Positions 60,145-64,000 of a DNA stretch of 64,000 bases are shown in pieces (the stretch's first letter is position 1; each line of letters begins with the position of its first letter). The position numbers and the translations under genes were made by a program. The DNA is from Deinococcales bacterium (GTDB lineage Bacteria > Deinococcota > Deinococci > Deinococcales > JAAFIG01). The stretch covers positions 23,519 through 87,518 of the forward strand of contig JANNVX010000064.1 of the NCBI GenBank assembly GCA_031414595.1, given 5' to 3'. The notes beneath the pieces were generated by a model, which was given only the letters and a program-made list of their open reading frames with translations, had not been told where the DNA came from and ran no database searches.

Positions 60145-60666
60145 TTAATATGGTTTGATACCAAATAAAAGGGTTTTGGGTGAGCCACCACGCTGGATTA
60201 AAACACTTGAATTTATTTTGACTGAGTGACCAAGTGCAAGCATCACTGATTCGAGAGGTACATACCAAAGACCATTATAATTTGTTGGAGCTACAGGTAA
60301 AGGAAAGCGTATTGTATCGTTAAAATAGTTTGATGTTGGTGGTAATTGTGAAATGTGCATTTCAGAGGCACCAATTTTAAAATCAATACCACGGATTGAA
60401 AAAAAGCCCCAATACTTATCAATCTTGACTTGCTCAATCGCAGAATTGATAAGTAAGACGGGAATCCATACGCGACCATCGCGTCGAAGAATTGGCAATG
60501 CTCTAAGTGGTTCAATTGCTCGGTCAGTCATAGGAACTATTCTTCCGTCTACGGAAAAACTTGAAAAATTGCTGCCATTTGGGGAGTTGCTAGATTGAGA
60601 AAATCCCATGACAATCACTGCAAAGTAGCACAAAGCTATAATTATAAAAACTAATGATTTTTTCAT
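60145..60666 (-). CDS. Secreted hypothetical protein, copper-amine-oxidase N-terminal-like domain
   Basis: Signal peptide; GRVWIPV and GLWYVPLESVMLALG repeats; low GC. Confidence 0.5.
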   Translation of the reverse strand: MKKSLVFIIIALCYFAVIVMGFSQSSNSPNGSNFSSFSVDGRIVPMTDRAIEPLRALPILRRDGRVWIPVLLINSAIEQVKIDKYWGFFSIRGIDFKIGASEMHISQLPPTSNYFNDTIRFPLPVAPTNYNGLWYVPLESVMLALGHSVKINSSVLIQRGGSPKTLLFGIKPY

Positions 60667-60690
60667 GCCTATCTTCTACACTACAACCCT

Positions 60691-61731
60691 ATGAATACGA
60701 TTAGAAAGCGTCAGTCAGAAAGTACAGGGAAGTATCGGTACTATGTACTCCTCGCAATCTTATGTTTTTCATCAGTAGCATGCTTACAGGAAACTACAAT
60801 AGATACAGATATGCCTCTCATTGAAGAACAATTGAAAACAAAGTTAAACAATGTTCTTCCAAGTTTAAGTCCTGAATTAAGAGAGTCAGCAACTTATATT
60901 GATCTCAAAAATGGCTTTGAATATAGCAATTCGGGTGGTTTTCAAAAAATCGAAGTAGGTTACGAAGATCAATTGGGAATCGTGAGGTTTGCCAATGGTG
61001 CAACCTTAAAGAAAAACTCACAGTTAATAAAGGAATCGGATAAATTGCGTCTTCAAGCCAATTTTACGTTTTTGCGGGGGGTAAATTCTGTGGTTGGATA
61101 TAATGGTATTTCTGCAGAATTTACTCCTCCATCCAATAATTCAATATGGTTTAACGGAATAAATGAGGCAGGCGAAGCAGGCTACAATTATCTTGGAGTG
61201 AGGTCTACTCAGCCCATATGTACCCCAAGCACTTATAATCCTGTTTGCCCACCTGGATCGATACCGCGTAGCTTTGATGCTGAAGGTGGGACTTTTACAA
61301 GTGCAGGACCTTTTTACCTTGTTGGTAAGTATTACTTTTATATAAGTAATAATGGTGCAAATACTCCACTACGCTGGCCAACATATGATGGCTATTCCGG
61401 TAGCACTGTTAGAATGTCACTGAGAGTATTGCAGGACGATAAAATACAATTTACTGTTTTCCCGCTCCAAGAAAGTACATCAAAAACTTGGATCATTGAT
61501 GCAGTTGGTGCGAAGGCTTCAGGGGTAGGAGCGCAAGTGCGTAAGAATACCAGTTTGCTAGTTAATAATTTCGATGCCCGTTTCTGGGGTAGCTTTTGGC
61601 AATTTGGTAGGTTGTATCAGAATAGTAATGCCTCACAAACTTTTTTCAATTCAAACTTAGCTTCTTCAACAACGGGTTCATGTGCATCTAATTGTTTCCC
61701 ATACGAAACAGAGCGAATCAACTTGCCCTAG
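60691..61731 (+). CDS. Hypothetical lipoprotein
   Basis: Hydrophobic stretch ending SSVAC, beta-rich G/S/N-rich body; low GC. Confidence 0.55.
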   Translation: MNTIRKRQSESTGKYRYYVLLAILCFSSVACLQETTIDTDMPLIEEQLKTKLNNVLPSLSPELRESATYIDLKNGFEYSNSGGFQKIEVGYEDQLGIVRFANGATLKKNSQLIKESDKLRLQANFTFLRGVNSVVGYNGISAEFTPPSNNSIWFNGINEAGEAGYNYLGVRSTQPICTPSTYNPVCPPGSIPRSFDAEGGTFTSAGPFYLVGKYYFYISNNGANTPLRWPTYDGYSGSTVRMSLRVLQDDKIQFTVFPLQESTSKTWIIDAVGAKASGVGAQVRKNTSLLVNNFDARFWGSFWQFGRLYQNSNASQTFFNSNLASSTTGSCASNCFPYETERINLP

Positions 61732-61947
61732 AAAATCTTTTGAAGATTTCTTACTTCCACTTTCTAGTGTAAACAGGTAGGTCTTATCTTTGAGTGATGC
61801 TGTCGTCCAATAGGCACTTAGTCTTGGTGTTCTGGGATTTTAAGAGCAGATGTTATTGAATGAATAAAGGTAAAGTGGTCAGCTATATTTCACTCATGGA
61901 TTGAATGAATCACTTTGTCAAAATTTTGACTTTCGCTACCTTAACCA

Positions 61948-62139
61948 AAAAAGGAAAATCATGAACTCGTTTCACAGAGGTACGCTGAACTTGTCATGCA
62001 GAGGTACACCATGAATTCCCCGCTCGAGTATTTCCAAAGGCGTTGGGTACAACTTTCTTTTTCTTTGGCTGTGATTGCGATTGGCTTATTCTCGATTCAA
62101 TTTATTTTTGGCTCGTTTAGGGGTGTAATTCAAGAACTC
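61948..62139 (+). repeat. 192-bp direct repeat, right copy
   Basis: Similarity ends at the first base of CTCGAG 62139-62144. Confidence 0.92.
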
Positions 62140-63171
62140 TCGAGTGTCTTTGTCTTGGGTGGTTTATCTTACCTTTTTGCCTATTTGTTCCATCCGCTTG
62201 TGATGTGGCTAAAAAATCGTGGTGTACGGCGTGGCTTGGGTTTATTGGTAGCATTTATTATTGTACTTTTATTCTTAGCCTTGTCTACGATTCTGATTGG
62301 TACAGTGGTACAAGAACTGGCGTTGTTTGCTCAGAAATTACCAGTCTTGGTGACAAACATCCAAACCCAAATCAATGTTTGGTTGGATGAACTCGAGCAG
62401 GTGCGTGGTCAGAATCAACAGATTCGGGATTTAATTGATCAGGTCACAAGTGCCGTTCAAACAGCCCTCTCGAGTATTGTCCAGAATTTACTGGGCTTGT
62501 TACAAAATGCCAGCAGTGGACTTGTCACACGCACCCTTGGCGTACTTGGTGGGGTGGTGCAGTTTTTCTTGGTGCTGATTATTGGCACGTATATGCTTGG
62601 GGCATTCGAGGGCATCGGTAAAACCATGATTGGCTTGTTTCCAGTGCGTTTTCAGGGTCGGGTTCTCGAGTTTTCTAAAGATGTTTCTGTGGCGGTTGGT
62701 GGCTATATTCGCGGGCAACTCTTAATTGCTTTGGCAGTCGGAACAATGGTTGGCACTGGACTAGCGATTCTTGGTGTGCCTTTGGCTTTGGCACTTGGTT
62801 TTATCAGTGGGGTTTTTAATATCGTGCCGTACCTTGGGGTGATTATTTCGATTGCTCCTGCGCTACTGCTTGCCAGTCAATTTGGTTTGGTCAAAGTGCT
62901 TTTGGTGGTTTTGGTTTTTGTGATTGCCAATCAGGTCGAAGCACTGGTCTTAAGCCCCAACATCCTTGGGCGAAGCACCGAACTGCATCCGATTACGATT
63001 ATCCTGACCATCATTGCAGGGGCAAGTGTGCTAGGCGTATTTGGTGGTTTGTTGGCTGTGCCACTGGTGGCATTGGCAAAACTCTTGGTTTATAAGCACT
63101 GGATTGGTTCACCGTGGCATGGAAGTACAAAAGAAGCACCAGAAGCTGTTCTCGAGCAAGTCGAAGCCTAA
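62011..63171 (+). CDS. AI-2E (PerM) family transporter
   Basis: AYLFHPLV, GYIRGQL, NIVPYLG, LSPNILG..LHP, GGLLAVP. Confidence 0.92.
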   Translation: MNSPLEYFQRRWVQLSFSLAVIAIGLFSIQFIFGSFRGVIQELSSVFVLGGLSYLFAYLFHPLVMWLKNRGVRRGLGLLVAFIIVLLFLALSTILIGTVVQELALFAQKLPVLVTNIQTQINVWLDELEQVRGQNQQIRDLIDQVTSAVQTALSSIVQNLLGLLQNASSGLVTRTLGVLGGVVQFFLVLIIGTYMLGAFEGIGKTMIGLFPVRFQGRVLEFSKDVSVAVGGYIRGQLLIALAVGTMVGTGLAILGVPLALALGFISGVFNIVPYLGVIISIAPALLLASQFGLVKVLLVVLVFVIANQVEALVLSPNILGRSTELHPITIILTIIAGASVLGVFGGLLAVPLVALAKLLVYKHWIGSPWHGSTKEAPEAVLEQVEA

Positions 63172-64000
63172 CCAATGTTGGTACTGGCAATCCGTTTGCC
63201 TTTCTCGAGGTACATCGCACGGTCAGCTTGGCGTAAAACCGTGTCGAGGTCTCGTTGTTCAATCGCAGCCCAACCCGCCGATACATCCGAGAACTTTTGG
63301 CGCACATTGGCGTAGACATCAGACAAATTGGTTTGACTGTCATGAAAACTGACAAATTCGTCGCCACCGATGCGGTAGAGGTCATCAAAGCATTGACTTT
63401 GGTAGGCTTTGACAAATGCCAGTAAATAAGTGTCTCCTGCGTGGTGTCCTTTTTCATCATTGACTTTTTTTAAGCCGTTGACATCCCACATGCACATCAA
63501 ACCCCGTCCTTTTAATCTAATAAAATCGGCTTGTAAAGCAAAACGATTACCCAATTTGGTCAGTGGATCGCTACTTGCCATCTTCTCGAGTTTGGCTCGG
63601 GCTTGGTCTACGTCGGCTACAAGACGATGAATTAAAGCCCCCGAAAAGGCTGTGCCTATCAGAATAACCCAACCAATTACGGTGGCTTCGATATTTGAAT
63701 TTGGTTTGGTAAAAATGACTGGAATACTTGCCAGCAATGCCAGCAATCCACCACGCCAACCCCAAAGCACACTGATAAATAAAGTTGGTAAAGTGACAAT
63801 CGAAAGCACTGCAAATGAATTATTAAACACCCCACTGGTGATTAAAAAAGATGCACTTAAGACAATAGACGTTATCGGAAATAAGAAACTAGCTCGATTT
63901 CCGCAAAGCCCGTTTGCGAAAAGCACAGCGAAGGTTATGCAAACCACAAGCAATCTCCATAAACCAATCAGAGCAATACCACTTCGTATTCCGCAACACG
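63168..64000 (-). CDS. Membrane GGDEF diguanylate cyclase (frame open to the right edge)
   Basis: DPLTKLGNR, DVNGLKKVND..GHHAGD, RIGGDEF, ADRAMY. Confidence 0.9.
   Translation of the reverse strand, partial: CCGIRSGIALIGLWRLLVVCITFAVLFANGLCGNRASFLFPITSIVLSASFLITSGVFNNSFAVLSIVTLPTLFISVLWGWRGGLLALLASIPVIFTKPNSNIEATVIGWVILIGTAFSGALIHRLVADVDQARAKLEKMASSDPLTKLGNRFALQADFIRLKGRGLMCMWDVNGLKKVNDEKGHHAGDTYLLAFVKAYQSQCFDDLYRIGGDEFVSFHDSQTNLSDVYANVRQKFSDVSAGWAAIEQRDLDTVLRQADRAMYLEKGKRIASTNIG

Noticed and set aside
59643-60158. 171-aa ORF as a real gene
   Set aside because: Chimera of an off-frame overlap, the truncated AI-2E duplicate and antisense island sequence.
1-64000. CTCGAG excess as a cloning (XhoI concatemer) artefact
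   Set aside because: Sites sit in frame within intact conserved genes without breaking them, and are absent from the low-GC island.

Overview
Bacterial chromosomal window, most likely Deinococcota (leaderless TANNNT promoters 5-8 nt before start codons; recF-dciA, divIVA-yggS and rsmF neighbourhoods). It holds housekeeping genes (purEK, fabH, rsmF, recF, divIVA, yggS, SAM-I riboswitch-metK-metF), an ABC-F ATPase with short leader peptides, two TA modules, a two-component system, tRNA-Arg(CCT) next to a Type IIG/ISP-like RM gene coupled to an AlbA_2(Schlafen)-ATPase gene, a peptide ABC system, and a ~25 kb GntR-controlled catabolic cluster of unknown substrate rich in amidohydrolases and peptidases. 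The most striking signal is the extreme iteration of the palindrome CTCGAG (35 sites counted by eye in the first 4 kb, about 1 expected). It is absent from a low-GC island, forms paired hairpin stems, and sits at the ends of duplications flanking inserted accessory cassettes, which suggests a HIP1/DUS-like sequence system. All calls are from visual motif recognition; no database searches were run.
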